Shown here: positions 47,799-57,395 of the stretch, one piece after another
How positions within the stretch are numbered: the stretch's first letter is position 1
How the letters are laid out: each line of letters begins with the position of its first letter
Source: Candidatus Micrarchaeota archaeon
Lineage (GTDB): Archaea; Micrarchaeota; Micrarchaeia; Anstonellales; Bilamarchaeaceae
Reading direction: 5' to 3'
NCBI GenBank assembly: GCA_040753215.1
Contig: JBFMEZ010000013.1
Span: 18,911 to 82,910, forward strand
DNA: 64,000 nt
Program-made: the position numbers and the translations under genes
Notes under the pieces: model-generated
The model's input: the letters and a program-made list of their open reading frames with translations, nothing else
The model's database searches: none
Told to the model about the DNA's origin: nothing

Positions 47799-48584
47799 AT
47801 GTTCGACTGGAAGGGCTTCTTTCTCAAGTCGGCGGGGGCGGCCCTCTTCGGCGTCTCCTTACTCGCCCTCTTCCTCTCCATCCTCGGCTTCCTGCTCCCG
47901 GGCATCCAGGATTCCGTCCTCCAGAGGGCCAACGATGAATACGCCCCCCGCATGGTCCCCATCCTCCTCGCGCACGAGCCGCAGCTCAGCACCCTGACCT
48001 ACGACAACACCGCCTCCTACTGCGCGGCGAAGCCCCCGGGCGTGACGATGGAATTCGGGGGCATAACGGACGAATACGTGTGCTCCCTCATCTCCAACAA
48101 TTATGTGGGCAACACGGAAGAGCTCCGGCTCCGCCTCGCCCGGACCCTCATCTCCAACAAGGTCGATGAGATGCTCGCTTCTTACGGCCTCCAGCTCGCC
48201 GGCCTTTACTCCCGCCTTCCCATCCTTCTCGCGCTATTCCTGCTGCCCCTCTTCCTCTCCTTCGCCCTCCTGTATTTCGGCTCCAGGAACCTGATCGAGC
48301 TCGCTTTCGTGCTCTCCTTCCTCGCCGCCCTCTTCTCATTCCTTCTCCTCCTGCTCTCCGCGCTCTCCTTCTTCCTTCTCCCATCCCTCATGGTGGGCAC
48401 GGCAAAGGAGAGGGCTGCCACCCAGCTGGAGATAGACCTCATCACAATAAGCCAGGACCTCGTCTCGGAAACGGTGGGCGAGCTCTTCCTCCCGCCGATA
48501 GTTGTTTTCGGTTTCCTGTCTTCGGTTTCCAGCCTCTTCGCCGTGGTCTTTTACTACTATCTCGCCAAACTGAAGGGTTCCTAG
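47799..48584 (+). CDS. membrane protein of unknown function
   Basis: N-terminal TM, soluble loop with two Cys, three C-terminal TMs; true start MFDWKG inside the long track ORF. Confidence 0.75.
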   Translation: MFDWKGFFLKSAGAALFGVSLLALFLSILGFLLPGIQDSVLQRANDEYAPRMVPILLAHEPQLSTLTYDNTASYCAAKPPGVTMEFGGITDEYVCSLISNNYVGNTEELRLRLARTLISNKVDEMLASYGLQLAGLYSRLPILLALFLLPLFLSFALLYFGSRNLIELAFVLSFLAALFSFLLLLLSALSFFLLPSLMVGTAKERAATQLEIDLITISQDLVSETVGELFLPPIVVFGFLSSVSSLFAVVFYYYLAKLKGS

Positions 48585-48752
48585 AAAACTCTCTTCCCTA
48601 GAGAAAACGCGGGGAGGGCGCTCCCCCTATTCAGTTTACTGTTTCCGGTTTCCAGTTTCCGGAACCCTAAACGGGAAACCGGGAACTCTCTGACCCCCTC
48701 CCACTTCGCTCAGCAATGCTTTGCACGCACTCCTTACGCTATGTCTTCAAAA

Positions 48753-49526
48753 CTAGAAAACCCGTTTTCCTATTTCTTTGGATAGAAATTCCGCCTCTTT
48801 TATTGCAGCGCTCTCCGGGCTTCCCCCTCTTTTCTCATGCGCAAAAGCAATTGAAGATGAAGAATTCACCCTGTGAATGAGCGGATTCCCCTTCAGCGCC
48901 TTCAGCACGTCGAAACCCCCGCCCTGCGCACCAATCCCGGGCACAAGGATGGGCACATCCTTCCCCACAAGCTTCACAATCCCCGGAAGCGCATCGCTCG
49001 TCGCCCCCACCACAAGCCCCGCGCCCATCTTCGCCGCCTTGGCACAAACCCTCTCATACACCCTCTCCTTCCCGCATTTCAGCTCCTCAAAATCCTTTGC
49101 CCCCGGATTGCTGGTCCTCCCAAGTACATACGCGACCTTCCCCCCCCTTATGAACGGGGCGATGGAATCCTCCCCCATATATGGCGCAACCGTCACCGCG
49201 TCCGCGCCCCAGAAATCGTACGCCTCCCTCGCATACGCCTCGCTGCTCTTCCCTATGTCCCCCCGTTTTGCATCCAGAATAACAAATGTTTTCTCCCGGT
49301 ACCTGTCCATAATCTGCTTGAGCGCATGCAGCCCCTCAAACCCGAGCGCCCCAAAATACGCATAGTTCGGCTTTATGGCAGAAATCAGATTCTCCTCCAG
49401 AAGCATGTCCGTTATACCGGAATAATACCCGACAATATCCTCCATCGGCTTAGGGTCTATGCCGAAGCACAAAATCGAGCCTGCCTCCACTGCCGCCTTC
49501 TCAAGCTTTCTTAGCGCCATACTCAT
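48753..49526 (-). CDS. pyrF: orotidine-5'-phosphate decarboxylase
   Basis: LCFGIDP, KPNYA.F, ILDAKRGDIG, TSNPGA, LVPGIGAQGG, NSSSSI. Confidence 0.95.
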   Translation of the reverse strand: MSMALRKLEKAAVEAGSILCFGIDPKPMEDIVGYYSGITDMLLEENLISAIKPNYAYFGALGFEGLHALKQIMDRYREKTFVILDAKRGDIGKSSEAYAREAYDFWGADAVTVAPYMGEDSIAPFIRGGKVAYVLGRTSNPGAKDFEELKCGKERVYERVCAKAAKMGAGLVVGATSDALPGIVKLVGKDVPILVPGIGAQGGGFDVLKALKGNPLIHRVNSSSSIAFAHEKRGGSPESAAIKEAEFLSKEIGKRVF

Positions 49527-49559
49527 CCCGTTTTCAGTCCCCAGTTTCCCGTTTCCTGC

Positions 49560-50201
49560 CTACTTTTCCGCCCCATACTCCCTTCTGTATTCCAAAAACC
49601 TCCTATAAATCCCCTCGCTGACTTGCTTCCCGCGCAATTCCTCAAATATTTCCGAGGTGCTCGCAACCGCCTTCACCGGCACGCCCGCCCTCTCCTCAAA
49701 TTCCTTTGCAGCAGGGCCGCCGCCCTCGCCCTTCTCCTCCCTGTCCACAGCCACAACAACGGCTTTCAATCTAACCCCTATGCCCTTCAATAAATCCACA
49801 TTCTCATACTTCGTCCCGCCAGTAGTGAAAACATCATCCACCAGCACAACGCTCTCTCCGGGCGCTGGCAAATGCCCCACGAATACCCCCCTGTCCCCGT
49901 GCGCCTTCTCCTCCTTCCTGTTGAACAGCCAATACACCCTCTTCCCTTTTTTTGAGAGCGCAATCGCAACGCCCACCGCGAGCGGAATCCCCTTGTACGC
50001 GGGCCCGTACACTACGTCGCACCCGCCAATCCCTTCTATCTTTTCCGCAAGGAACCCGCACAACTCCAAAAATTCCTTCCCTTCGCAGATGATTCCCGTG
50101 TTCACGAAATAAGGGCTCTTCCTCCCGCTTTTCAGGGTGAAGTCCCCAAACTTCAGCGCCCCGGTTTTCACCAGGAACTTCCCGATGCTTTTCTCCGCCA
50201 T
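49560..50201 (-). CDS. pyrE: orotate phosphoribosyltransferase
   Basis: FGDFTLKSGRKSPYF, GPAYKGIP, RKEEK.HG, LVDDVFTTG. Confidence 0.96.
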   Translation of the reverse strand: MAEKSIGKFLVKTGALKFGDFTLKSGRKSPYFVNTGIICEGKEFLELCGFLAEKIEGIGGCDVVYGPAYKGIPLAVGVAIALSKKGKRVYWLFNRKEEKAHGDRGVFVGHLPAPGESVVLVDDVFTTGGTKYENVDLLKGIGVRLKAVVVAVDREEKGEGGGPAAKEFEERAGVPVKAVASTSEIFEELRGKQVSEGIYRRFLEYRREYGAEK

Positions 50202-50205
50202 CCTT

Positions 50206-50964
50206 TTACCTCTTGCTCCCCTCACGCACCGCCCTCACAAATTCCTTTACCGCCTCCACCCCTCCCTTCTTCTCAAACGCGGTCCCGACCTGTATGATGT
50301 CCGCTCCTGCCTTCACGACATCCCTCGCTTCCTGCGGAGTCCTAACCCCCCCGCCAACTATGTACGGAACCTCAATCACCGAAGAGACCGCCTTCACCAT
50401 CTCCAGGGGAATATGCCCCTCCGCAGGAGCGCTACCCGCATCCGTAAGCACGAACCTGAAGCCCATGTACTGCGCAGCAAGCGCATAGGCGGCCGCAATC
50501 TTTGGCTTCGCCCTGGGCACAAGCTGCACATCCCCCACATAACCCACCGTTCCTCCCGGCTCCACCACCACGTACCCAACGGGCAGCGGCTCCACCTTAT
50601 ACTTCTTTACCATCTCCGCGGCGAGCATCTGCGCCCTAGTAATCCAGTACGGATTATTTGAGTTCAATAAACTCATGAAATAGACCGCGTCCGCATATTT
50701 CGTCACTGTTCCGATATTTCCCGGGAACAATACCACCGGCACATCCACGCTCTCCTTCACCCTCCTGGTTACGTTGTCCAGCATCTCCCCCTGCACGCCG
50801 GTGCTGCCGCCTATGAGCACCACGTCCGCCCCTCCCTCATCCATGCTCTTTGCGGTCTTCACCGCATCATCAATGGAAGGGTAGTCCAGCGGGTCCACCA
50901 GTGAAAAGAGCAGTGCGCCCCTGCGCTCCAGCCCATCGAGTATGTATTTCTCAGTCTTTCCCAT
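50206..50964 (-). CDS. geranylgeranylglyceryl phosphate synthase
   Basis: L.DP, D.V.IGGS.G, PVVLFPG, ADAV.FMSLLNS.NPYWI, Y.V...G.TVG.V, DAGS, VGGG.R. Confidence 0.94.
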   Translation of the reverse strand: MGKTEKYILDGLERRGALLFSLVDPLDYPSIDDAVKTAKSMDEGGADVVLIGGSTGVQGEMLDNVTRRVKESVDVPVVLFPGNIGTVTKYADAVYFMSLLNSNNPYWITRAQMLAAEMVKKYKVEPLPVGYVVVEPGGTVGYVGDVQLVPRAKPKIAAAYALAAQYMGFRFVLTDAGSAPAEGHIPLEMVKAVSSVIEVPYIVGGGVRTPQEARDVVKAGADIIQVGTAFEKKGGVEAVKEFVRAVREGSKR

Positions 50965-51025
50965 GCGAATTCCCCCTAATTAGTCCGGATTTCTCTTTTT
51001 TAAACCCTACTTTCCAAACTTCACC

Positions 51026-51541
51026 ATGGAGGAGGCAACCCACATCATAATGACCGGCGGAACGATCGATTCTTATTACGACGCCCGAACCGACACCGCA
51101 GTTCCCCGCAGTGAATCCGTAATCCCGGGCTACTTCCGGAACATGAGACTATATGGCAAAATAGATTTTACACAGGTGTGCATGAAGGACAGCCGCCAGC
51201 TCACTTCAAAGGACAGGTCAAAGATTCTCAGGGCCATCGAGAAAAGCAAGAGCAGGAAAATAATCGTCACCCATGGCACATACACAATGCCCGATACTGC
51301 TCGCTTTCTCGAAAAGAAGCTGAAGAGGCGCGACCAGGCAATCATACTCACCGGCTCGATGATTCCGATGGACGGATTCGTTTTCTCTGACGGCCCCTTC
51401 AACCTCGGCTTCGCGCTTTCGCAAGTCCGTATGCTGAAACCCGGAGTCTATGTATGCATGAACGGCCGCATCTTCGCGCCGGAGGATGTAATAAAAAGCC
51501 TTTACGAGGGCCGCTTCTCCTCAATACTTGGGGAGAAATAG
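51026..51541 (+). CDS. short asparaginase-domain protein
   Basis: TGGTIDS, KDS, HGT.TM, LTGSMIP, D..FNLG; C-terminal domain absent. Confidence 0.9.
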   Translation: MEEATHIIMTGGTIDSYYDARTDTAVPRSESVIPGYFRNMRLYGKIDFTQVCMKDSRQLTSKDRSKILRAIEKSKSRKIIVTHGTYTMPDTARFLEKKLKRRDQAIILTGSMIPMDGFVFSDGPFNLGFALSQVRMLKPGVYVCMNGRIFAPEDVIKSLYEGRFSSILGEK

Positions 51542-51567
51542 TTGATTAACAAAAGGAAGACAACCAG

Positions 51568-51651
51568 ATGACCAAAGACGATATCGGAGACCTCAAGGAT
51601 GCGATAAAAGAGTACAAGAAAGGCAGGGCTGTTTCCCTGAAGGGGATCTGA
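51568..51651 (+). CDS. 27-aa micro-ORF resembling an antitoxin C-terminal fragment
   Basis: MTKDDIGDLKDAIKEYKKGRAVSLKGI fills the intergenic gap. Confidence 0.3.
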   Translation: MTKDDIGDLKDAIKEYKKGRAVSLKGI

Positions 51652-51656
51652 CCAAC

Positions 51657-52589
51657 CTAACCTTTCCTTATCTTATACTCCTTCGTGATCTCCTTTATTC
51701 CCTCTTCCAATCTCCTTGGCTTAAACCCCAATTCCCTCCTCGCCCTCTCCCATCCGAACGCCCTGTCCCCGCCCAGTATCGCAACATGTTCTCTCGTAAG
51801 TTTCGGCTTCTTCCCGAAAAGCGCCCCCAGCTCCCGCACCCTTCCAATAAGGTTCGCCATCCAGAAAGACATGTGTTTTTTCGGGGGTGCAACCCCAAGC
51901 TCCCTGCACGCAATTCCATAAATCTCCTCCTGCGTTTTGCTCTCCCCGCAAACCACATAAGTCCCCTGCCCCGCGTCAGTTTCCAGTTTCCGGCTTCCAG
52001 TCTCCCCTCCCCCCGCGGCTGCCGCGATAGCCCGCGCCGCATCCTCCACATGCACGAAGGGAACCCTGTTCTTCCCGTCCCCTATAATGAACATCTTCCC
52101 TTTTTCCAGCATCCCCAGAATATAGAAATAATCCCCAAACTCCGGCCCATAGATGGTCCCAATCCTCAAAATCACGTGCCTCCCCTTCTTCCGCACAATC
52201 TCCTCCGCCTCCAGCTTGCTCCGCGAATAGGCCGAATCCGGGTGCGTGGGCGTCGCCTCATCAGCCGGAATCTCCTTCAATTTCTTCCCATATACAGAAA
52301 TGGAGCTCGCCAGCACGATCTTGCATCTCTCCGGAGAATTCTCAACAATCCTTCTCGTGAGCTCCACATTAGTTTTCCTCATCTCCCCCTCGTCCCAAAA
52401 TCGCATGGAGCCGGCAATATGAATAATACAGTCCGCATCCTTCAAAATCCTGCGCAAGCTCTCCGCCGAGAAGTCCGTAACAACCTCTCCCTTAAGCCCT
52501 TTTGCATTCCGGACCAGGGGCACCGCATCCACGAACCTGAGCACGTGCCTGCCCAATCTTCCAGAGGCGCCTGTAATGTAGATTTTCAC
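51657..52589 (-). CDS. NAD-dependent epimerase/dehydratase with a short repeat-derived insertion
   Basis: ITGASGRLG, H.AG, ASSISVYG, YSRSK, R...IYGP, FVHVED.A. Confidence 0.92.
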   Translation of the reverse strand: MKIYITGASGRLGRHVLRFVDAVPLVRNAKGLKGEVVTDFSAESLRRILKDADCIIHIAGSMRFWDEGEMRKTNVELTRRIVENSPERCKIVLASSISVYGKKLKEIPADEATPTHPDSAYSRSKLEAEEIVRKKGRHVILRIGTIYGPEFGDYFYILGMLEKGKMFIIGDGKNRVPFVHVEDAARAIAAAAGGGETGSRKLETDAGQGTYVVCGESKTQEEIYGIACRELGVAPPKKHMSFWMANLIGRVRELGALFGKKPKLTREHVAILGGDRAFGWERARRELGFKPRRLEEGIKEITKEYKIRKG

Positions 52590-52644
52590 GGAAAATACTC
52601 CCCCTCCGATATTTATATAAATACTCATAACACATAATATTACT

Positions 52645-54303
52645 ATGGGCGACACGTGCGGCCCCCAGCCGAATGGCTTCTCCCCGGTGTGCACCAGGGC
52701 CCGCCAGCTTGCGGAGCGCACCCTTAGCGGGCTCAGGGCAAGCGAGAGGAGGAAGCGCCACGGCCTTCTGGTCGCAGAAGGCGTGGACGGTTATTTCCAG
52801 AAATTATCCCCGAGGGTAGAGCACGGCCCGCTCATGAACCGCCTGGTTGCATCCACAACACTATTAGCCCAAATCCACCAGCTCACCCTCTACGGAAGGG
52901 ACCGGGGCGAGCTGAGCGAGTTCATGGGCGCGCTGGAGCGCGGAATTCCCACAATCCCGGGTTTTGGGGCGGACATGGGGCTGCCTCCGGCCATTTTTTG
53001 CGGAGACCTCCAGAGATACATAGAGCAGTACAGGACTGTTTTTTCACACAGCTACATCCTAAGCGAAGACTCAAAGATGCTTGATTTCGTACGCCTCATA
53101 AAGGCAGGGGGCCTGGAGCTCCCGCCCCTCCTCGTGGTGATGGCGGATTTCGCGCTTCCCCTCGAAAAGGCGGTTGAAGGGCTTCCAAAAGGCGAAACCG
53201 TTTCCGAGGGCAGGAGGAAGCTCTGGTCCGACAAGATAAGGGAAGTCGTCTTCCCACTCGCCGACCTGATAGGGTGGCAGGACGCCGCAAACAGCATGAG
53301 GCACAACGCGGTCCTCTGGAACCCGGACCTCAGCTACAAGCTGGAGGCAAAGGAAAGATGGCTGAGGGAGAACGCGGCTGCGCTGAGCGCAGCCGGAGCG
53401 CTGCTCCAGGAGATTTCAGACAGGGCAACCAGAAAAATCCTCGGTGAAGTGGATGGTAAACCGCCCCGGGTGCAATACGAAAAAGACGGCCCCATGACCA
53501 AGACCGGCGCCGCCATAGTCATAAAGGAGGACGAGAAGCCCGGCAAGCCCGTGATGGACCTCGTACGCACGCGCTACATCTTCCAGTGCGACGGGATGGC
53601 GGCAGAGGGCCGGGAAGGGACAAATGTACAGGACCTGGGTTACGAAGTGCTTGGCTCCTTCAGGTCTTCCGGCGCATTCAGCGGCCTTAAGATACAGGAC
53701 AACTACCGGAAGCCCAAGAGGAGCGGCTACAGGGCAATCCACATCACCGGCTTCCTCCTGAACGGCTTCGGCATACCAGTGGAGGTAATACTGATAGACG
53801 AGGATAGCTACAAAAACGCCGCCTGCGGAAGGTGCAACCGCGCGCTGTACAAAGGTTACAATGGAAGGGCCAACCCCGAAGATGTGGAGAAGTTCGAGGC
53901 GGTTGACAGGCTTCTGGAGCCAATCCTCGATGCGGCGCTCGCATTGTCCAAAATGCCAGCCCGCGCGCAGCAGGCTTCGCCAGCAACGCGCGAAGATACG
54001 GTCGCATACACAGTATATAATTCCGGGGAAAGCCAGCCGTGCGACGTTAAGCCGGGCAGCACTGTCCTTGATGTGATGGTCAGATATTACTTGCGCACAG
54101 GGCAGCCTATCCGCAACGCCGAGGTTTACGAGGGCCCTAGCGAGGATGGCAGGAGGCTCGGCATTTATGAGAAGTGCCCGCCAGAAATAACAATAAAGCC
54201 ACTGGGTGAGTTCAGCTACGGGACGATACTGCAGGTGTACAGGAATCCCCGCGTGAACGGCGACACCAAGAGAGCGCTCCGCGAATTCTGCAACGGAAAA
54301 TAA
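52645..54303 (+). CDS. divergent long RelA/SpoT-like protein (degenerate HD region, synthetase-like nucleotidyltransferase, TGS-like tail)
   Basis: REVVFPLADLIGW, DLVRTRYI, DNYRKPKRSGYRAIH, IPVEV, KPGSTVLDV. Confidence 0.75.
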   Translation: MGDTCGPQPNGFSPVCTRARQLAERTLSGLRASERRKRHGLLVAEGVDGYFQKLSPRVEHGPLMNRLVASTTLLAQIHQLTLYGRDRGELSEFMGALERGIPTIPGFGADMGLPPAIFCGDLQRYIEQYRTVFSHSYILSEDSKMLDFVRLIKAGGLELPPLLVVMADFALPLEKAVEGLPKGETVSEGRRKLWSDKIREVVFPLADLIGWQDAANSMRHNAVLWNPDLSYKLEAKERWLRENAAALSAAGALLQEISDRATRKILGEVDGKPPRVQYEKDGPMTKTGAAIVIKEDEKPGKPVMDLVRTRYIFQCDGMAAEGREGTNVQDLGYEVLGSFRSSGAFSGLKIQDNYRKPKRSGYRAIHITGFLLNGFGIPVEVILIDEDSYKNAACGRCNRALYKGYNGRANPEDVEKFEAVDRLLEPILDAALALSKMPARAQQASPATREDTVAYTVYNSGESQPCDVKPGSTVLDVMVRYYLRTGQPIRNAEVYEGPSEDGRRLGIYEKCPPEITIKPLGEFSYGTILQVYRNPRVNGDTKRALREFCNGK

Positions 54304-54416
54304 TCAGCCGAAAATTATCGCGCTCTCTCTAGTCCTTATTTTCTGCGGCCGCACATAAGCTATTCTTTCCTTCACTCCAAGAGGAAGGGGGCGTCCCCCC
54401 CTTCTCTCCAGGGTAC

Positions 54417-55556
54417 TCATAACCCCCCATCAAATAGTATAGCACTTTCCCTGGTCCTTATCTTCTGCGACCTCACATCCGCAATCCTTTCCTTCACCGC
54501 GGCAATCCTTCCAGAAAATCCTATTCTCTCCCCAATCCGAATAAGGATCTCATCCACTGGTATATGCCTCCCCCCCAGCACCGAATTCCCCACAACCATG
54601 CATCCGCACGGCGCAATCCTTTTCAAATTCCGCAGCACCCTCTCCATGTCCGCAAAATACGTCCCCGCGATGGGGATATCCAGATAATCATCCGCCTCCG
54701 GAGGCGCATCCCCAAACGATTCCCCGGTTATGAAGCCCCTCACTTCTTTCGCCCGCATTATTTTCGTACTATCTTTTTCCATGGTCAATAGGCTCAGCTC
54801 CAGCCCATAAACTTTGGAATAATCTATATAGTTCAGGTAGGGCGGCGAGGTCACGAACGCATCCGCCTTCCAATCCTCGAACTCCCGCGCATCTTCCAAT
54901 TTTAATTCCGGCTCCACAGTCAGTTTCCTGTTCCCCGTTTCCGGTTTCCTTTCTCTCTCCCGCAAATCCGCAACCATCCTCTTCACTTTCCGTTTAAACG
55001 CATCCTTAACCGGCATGGCGCTTTTCGAGGGCTCCTCCCGCAAGACCCCCCCATCCTTTATGAAAAATCCCACCTGCGGCAAAATAGATAGCAGCGCAAG
55101 CAAAAACAGCCCGCCCACCCCCTCATTCTCAATTTCCTCAATGCTTTCCCTCAAATGTCGTATATCGTTATAGTTCCTCTTCCCGAAAAACCGCGAAGGA
55201 TGGAACAGCTCAAACTGCCATATCCACCCCGGCTCTTTCCGTTCCTTAAACATCCCTTTCAATTCCCTCTCCGCCTCCTCCGCGTCCTTTTCCGAATAGT
55301 CCGCGCATTTCGTTTTCGTCACAAACAGCGCGAGGGGCGAAACATCTATCCCAATCCCCTTCATCCCGTGCTCCTTCGCATAGAGCATAGTAGTCCCGAT
55401 TCCGCAGAAAGGGTCGAACACTGTCCCGCCCTTCACTCCAAGCTCGCCCAATGCCCACTCCACCAATTGCGGAGAGTATGCCTCCTTGTAATAGAACCAG
55501 TTGTGCACGGGAATATCCTTCGCAGGCTCGAAGGTGAAATAGTCCCCTATTTCCAT
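54417..55556 (-). CDS. orphan DNA amino-methyltransferase (N4-C/N6-A)
   Basis: H.W..YKEAYSP.LV, VFDPFCGIGTT motif I, VTSPPY motif IV, VVGNS. Confidence 0.88.
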   Translation of the reverse strand: MEIGDYFTFEPAKDIPVHNWFYYKEAYSPQLVEWALGELGVKGGTVFDPFCGIGTTMLYAKEHGMKGIGIDVSPLALFVTKTKCADYSEKDAEEAERELKGMFKERKEPGWIWQFELFHPSRFFGKRNYNDIRHLRESIEEIENEGVGGLFLLALLSILPQVGFFIKDGGVLREEPSKSAMPVKDAFKRKVKRMVADLRERERKPETGNRKLTVEPELKLEDAREFEDWKADAFVTSPPYLNYIDYSKVYGLELSLLTMEKDSTKIMRAKEVRGFITGESFGDAPPEADDYLDIPIAGTYFADMERVLRNLKRIAPCGCMVVGNSVLGGRHIPVDEILIRIGERIGFSGRIAAVKERIADVRSQKIRTRESAILFDGGL

Positions 55557-55606
55557 GCTTCCCATTCCCCATCATGATTTTAAACGCTTTCCCACGAAAG
55601 AGAATA

Positions 55607-56821
55607 ATGGAAGGCGTGCAAAGAACACTCTTCGCATCCGCGGCACAGGATATAGCAAGAGAAATGGCAGGCAGGAGACTTAGTGCGCAGGGCAGAATGC
55701 ATTCCTCCGCCCGCCCCATGCTTTTCAGGAGGCTCAGGAAGTATTCCCATCCTATTTATGGCCGCACGAGTTCCGGCCATCCTATACTCACCTTCCCATT
55801 GGACGTGCTCAACGTGGATGCGCGCGACCCCGCGAACGTCAGGATGTTCTTCAGGAGGGAGGAGAGGCTCCCGGCTGATTTCAGGGCCGGTCAGCCGGTC
55901 CCCCGCAGGCACGTTATGCACGTTTCAGATATTTTCCATGCGGTCCGCCAGCTCGCGCACGTTGCCGAAACCCACCGGCAGGAGCGGGGAAAAACCAATT
56001 CCGCGCTCGAGCTCGTGGAGCAGATAAACGCGAAGCTCATGGTGTTCGCGCAGAATGCAAGGGGCACGGAGGCGGCGAAGGCGGCCAACCGGGAGATGGA
56101 GGCGATGCCCGAGATGAGGGCCCTTGCCTCGGCATACAAGCACATGGCCCTTGAGCAGCTCCAGAAGGCGCTCCGCCTTCTTGGGGAAGCGGAGAACAGC
56201 CCAAGGGCGAACCTGAAGCTCGGGGCCGCGTGCGCCTGTCTGGTCTCATTCCGCGCGCGCATGGGCGAATGGCGCGTGAGGCAGACCTTCAACATAGACG
56301 CTTACGACGAGCTGCGCGAGGCCTCCCTGCGCCTGCGCAGGGATAAGTACGTGCAGGGCCTCCTTGAATATTATGTTGAGATGCTCTCGGGCCCGAGGGC
56401 TTTCCAGGCCGCAAAGGCGGCTGTGGAGAACCACATACTTTCAGGCAAGCTCAGGGATTTCCATGGCTCAATACCAAAAGGCAGGGAATGGAGGAATGAA
56501 GCGCGCAGGCTCCTCTGCGCAATCGGCCTGTCCCTCCCGCAGGAATCCGCCACGCGGAAGCTGCTCAGGGGCGCATACAGGCTTGCAGGGGAGGGCACCA
56601 AGGAGGAATTCGAGGAGAGGATGGGAGCTATCACCAGGCCCCTTCTCGTGCGCGACCTTCCTTACGCCGCGGACGAGCTTGAGAGGTCCAGCGAGCCCTA
56701 CCGCATCCCAGTGATAGAAAAAATACGGTCCGGGTTCGCGGCAGTAGAGAAGAACACTCCCGCGGATGCGGTCCCGCTTTTCCAGGAAGCAGCCGAAATC
56801 CTCAGGAGGCCGGACCAGTAG
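55607..56821 (+). CDS. alpha-helical hypothetical protein
   Basis: Long ORF with TTTAAA box about 25-30 nt upstream; no known motif. Confidence 0.65.
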   Translation: MEGVQRTLFASAAQDIAREMAGRRLSAQGRMHSSARPMLFRRLRKYSHPIYGRTSSGHPILTFPLDVLNVDARDPANVRMFFRREERLPADFRAGQPVPRRHVMHVSDIFHAVRQLAHVAETHRQERGKTNSALELVEQINAKLMVFAQNARGTEAAKAANREMEAMPEMRALASAYKHMALEQLQKALRLLGEAENSPRANLKLGAACACLVSFRARMGEWRVRQTFNIDAYDELREASLRLRRDKYVQGLLEYYVEMLSGPRAFQAAKAAVENHILSGKLRDFHGSIPKGREWRNEARRLLCAIGLSLPQESATRKLLRGAYRLAGEGTKEEFEERMGAITRPLLVRDLPYAADELERSSEPYRIPVIEKIRSGFAAVEKNTPADAVPLFQEAAEILRRPDQ

Positions 56822-56871
56822 TCGGTTTCCCGTTTCCCGCTTCCAGTTACCCGTATTCGGTTGCCGTTCCA

Positions 56872-57258
56872 CTATCCTTTCTCCGCGCCTTCCTTGGATA
56901 ATTCGTCCGCCCTCCCGTTCTCCTCCCGCGGAATCCACTCAAAATGAAGCGTCATCCCTTCTCCCGCCTTCCATATCTTTCCCATCAGTTCTCGAAGATG
57001 CGGCGCCTTCACCCTGAACTCGCCTTTCAGCTGGCTCACCAGCAGTTTCGAGTCGCTGCGCACGGAAAGCCCCTTAGCCCCAAGCTTCCCCGCCTCCTCC
57101 ACCGCAATCAGCACCGCCTTGTACTCCGCCTCATTATTCGTCCCAAACCCAAGATGCCTGCTTATCTCCTTCACCACTTTCCCTTCATGCACGAGCACAA
57201 TGCCCGCGCCCATCCTCCCCGGGTTCCCGAGGCAGCATCCGTCCGTATAAGCAATCAT
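56872..57258 (-). CDS. rnhA: ribonuclease HI
   Basis: YTDG...GNPG..GAG, TNNEAEY.A, SDS.L.V.Q..G.F.VK, WIPRE.N..AD.L. Confidence 0.95.
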   Translation of the reverse strand: MIAYTDGCCLGNPGRMGAGIVLVHEGKVVKEISRHLGFGTNNEAEYKAVLIAVEEAGKLGAKGLSVRSDSKLLVSQLKGEFRVKAPHLRELMGKIWKAGEGMTLHFEWIPREENGRADELSKEGAEKG

Positions 57259-57283
57259 AGGATACACCGTTTCCGGTTCCATG

Positions 57284-57339
57284 TCAAACCGTGAAGCCAC
57301 GGGAAACCAAGGGAACGATTGGGCAGCTTCATGGTTTGA
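57284..57339. repeat. palindromic element, subfamily A copy 3 (between divergent genes)
   Basis: TCAAACCGTGAAGCC...AGCTTCATGGTTTGA followed by GTTTCCCGTTTCCAG. Confidence 0.88.
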
Positions 57340-57395
57340 GTTTCCCGTTTCCAGCAAACATAGGGATTTTATCCCTTCTCTTAATAACCCTACCC

